Of a DNA stretch of 64,000 nucleotides, positions 63,591 to 64,000 are shown piece after piece. This DNA comes from Chiloscyllium plagiosum (taxonomy: Eukaryota). Where the stretch lies: positions 18,800,538 to 18,864,537 of the forward strand of contig NC_057720.1 in NCBI RefSeq assembly GCF_004010195.1, written 5' to 3'. The notes beneath the pieces were generated by a model. The model was not told the DNA's origin and did not search any database. It saw only the letters and a list, made by a program, of their open reading frames with translations. Position 1 is the first letter of the stretch. Every line of letters starts with the position of its first letter. A program made the position numbers and the translations under genes.

Positions 63591-64000
63591 TATTAAAGAG
63601 AGAACCTAACCATCTTCTCTTGATACTCATTAGATTATAATTTCTAAATCCCCCACTATCAACTTCCTGAGGGCTTACTGTTGACCGGGAATTGTAAATG
63701 AACCAGCCATATAAGTACAGTGGCCACAAGAGCGTGTTGGAGTTCAGACAATTTACAGTGACCTTCTGTCTCCCCAACACCCAACCACCACTCTACACGG
63801 CATGGGTCAGAAGTGGGATGGAATGCTTTCCATTTGCCTGCGCGGGGAAAGCTCAAATGACACTTCAGAAACAGAACACCATCCAGAACAAAACAGCCCA
63901 CTAGATTGACACCACATCAATCAACCTCAACATTCACTGTCTTCACCATGTGCTCACTATGAAAGCAGTGTGTACATCCATCAGCTGCTAGTCTTTCTCC

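Overview
Eukaryotic vertebrate genomic DNA. The repeat content (HE1-type V-SINEs, HER1/CR1 LINEs, Penelope-like elements) points to an elasmobranch (shark). The window holds one complete protein-coding gene on the + strand: a six-domain gelsolin-family actin-severing protein, closest by my reading to fish scinderin-like (scinla/b, formerly gelsolin-like). It has 16 coding exons (25087-61503), all GT-AG and in phase, giving 2178 nt or 725 aa with a gelsolin-type C-terminal tail, no signal peptide and no villin headpiece. A probable promoter and non-coding first exon lie at about 18330-18456, and an AATAAA at 62597. The rest is retroelement debris plus two minisatellites (1-1678, with a terminal inversion; 19760-21050). 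The most interesting signal is at least four distinct families of small Penelope-derived elements carrying a minimal hammerhead-ribozyme core (CUGANGA, stem II, GAAA, palindrome, NUH) with family-specific but paired stem II. Several sit between clean 11-14 bp target-site duplications. Repeat family names come from recognition, not a database search, and repeat boundaries are approximate.
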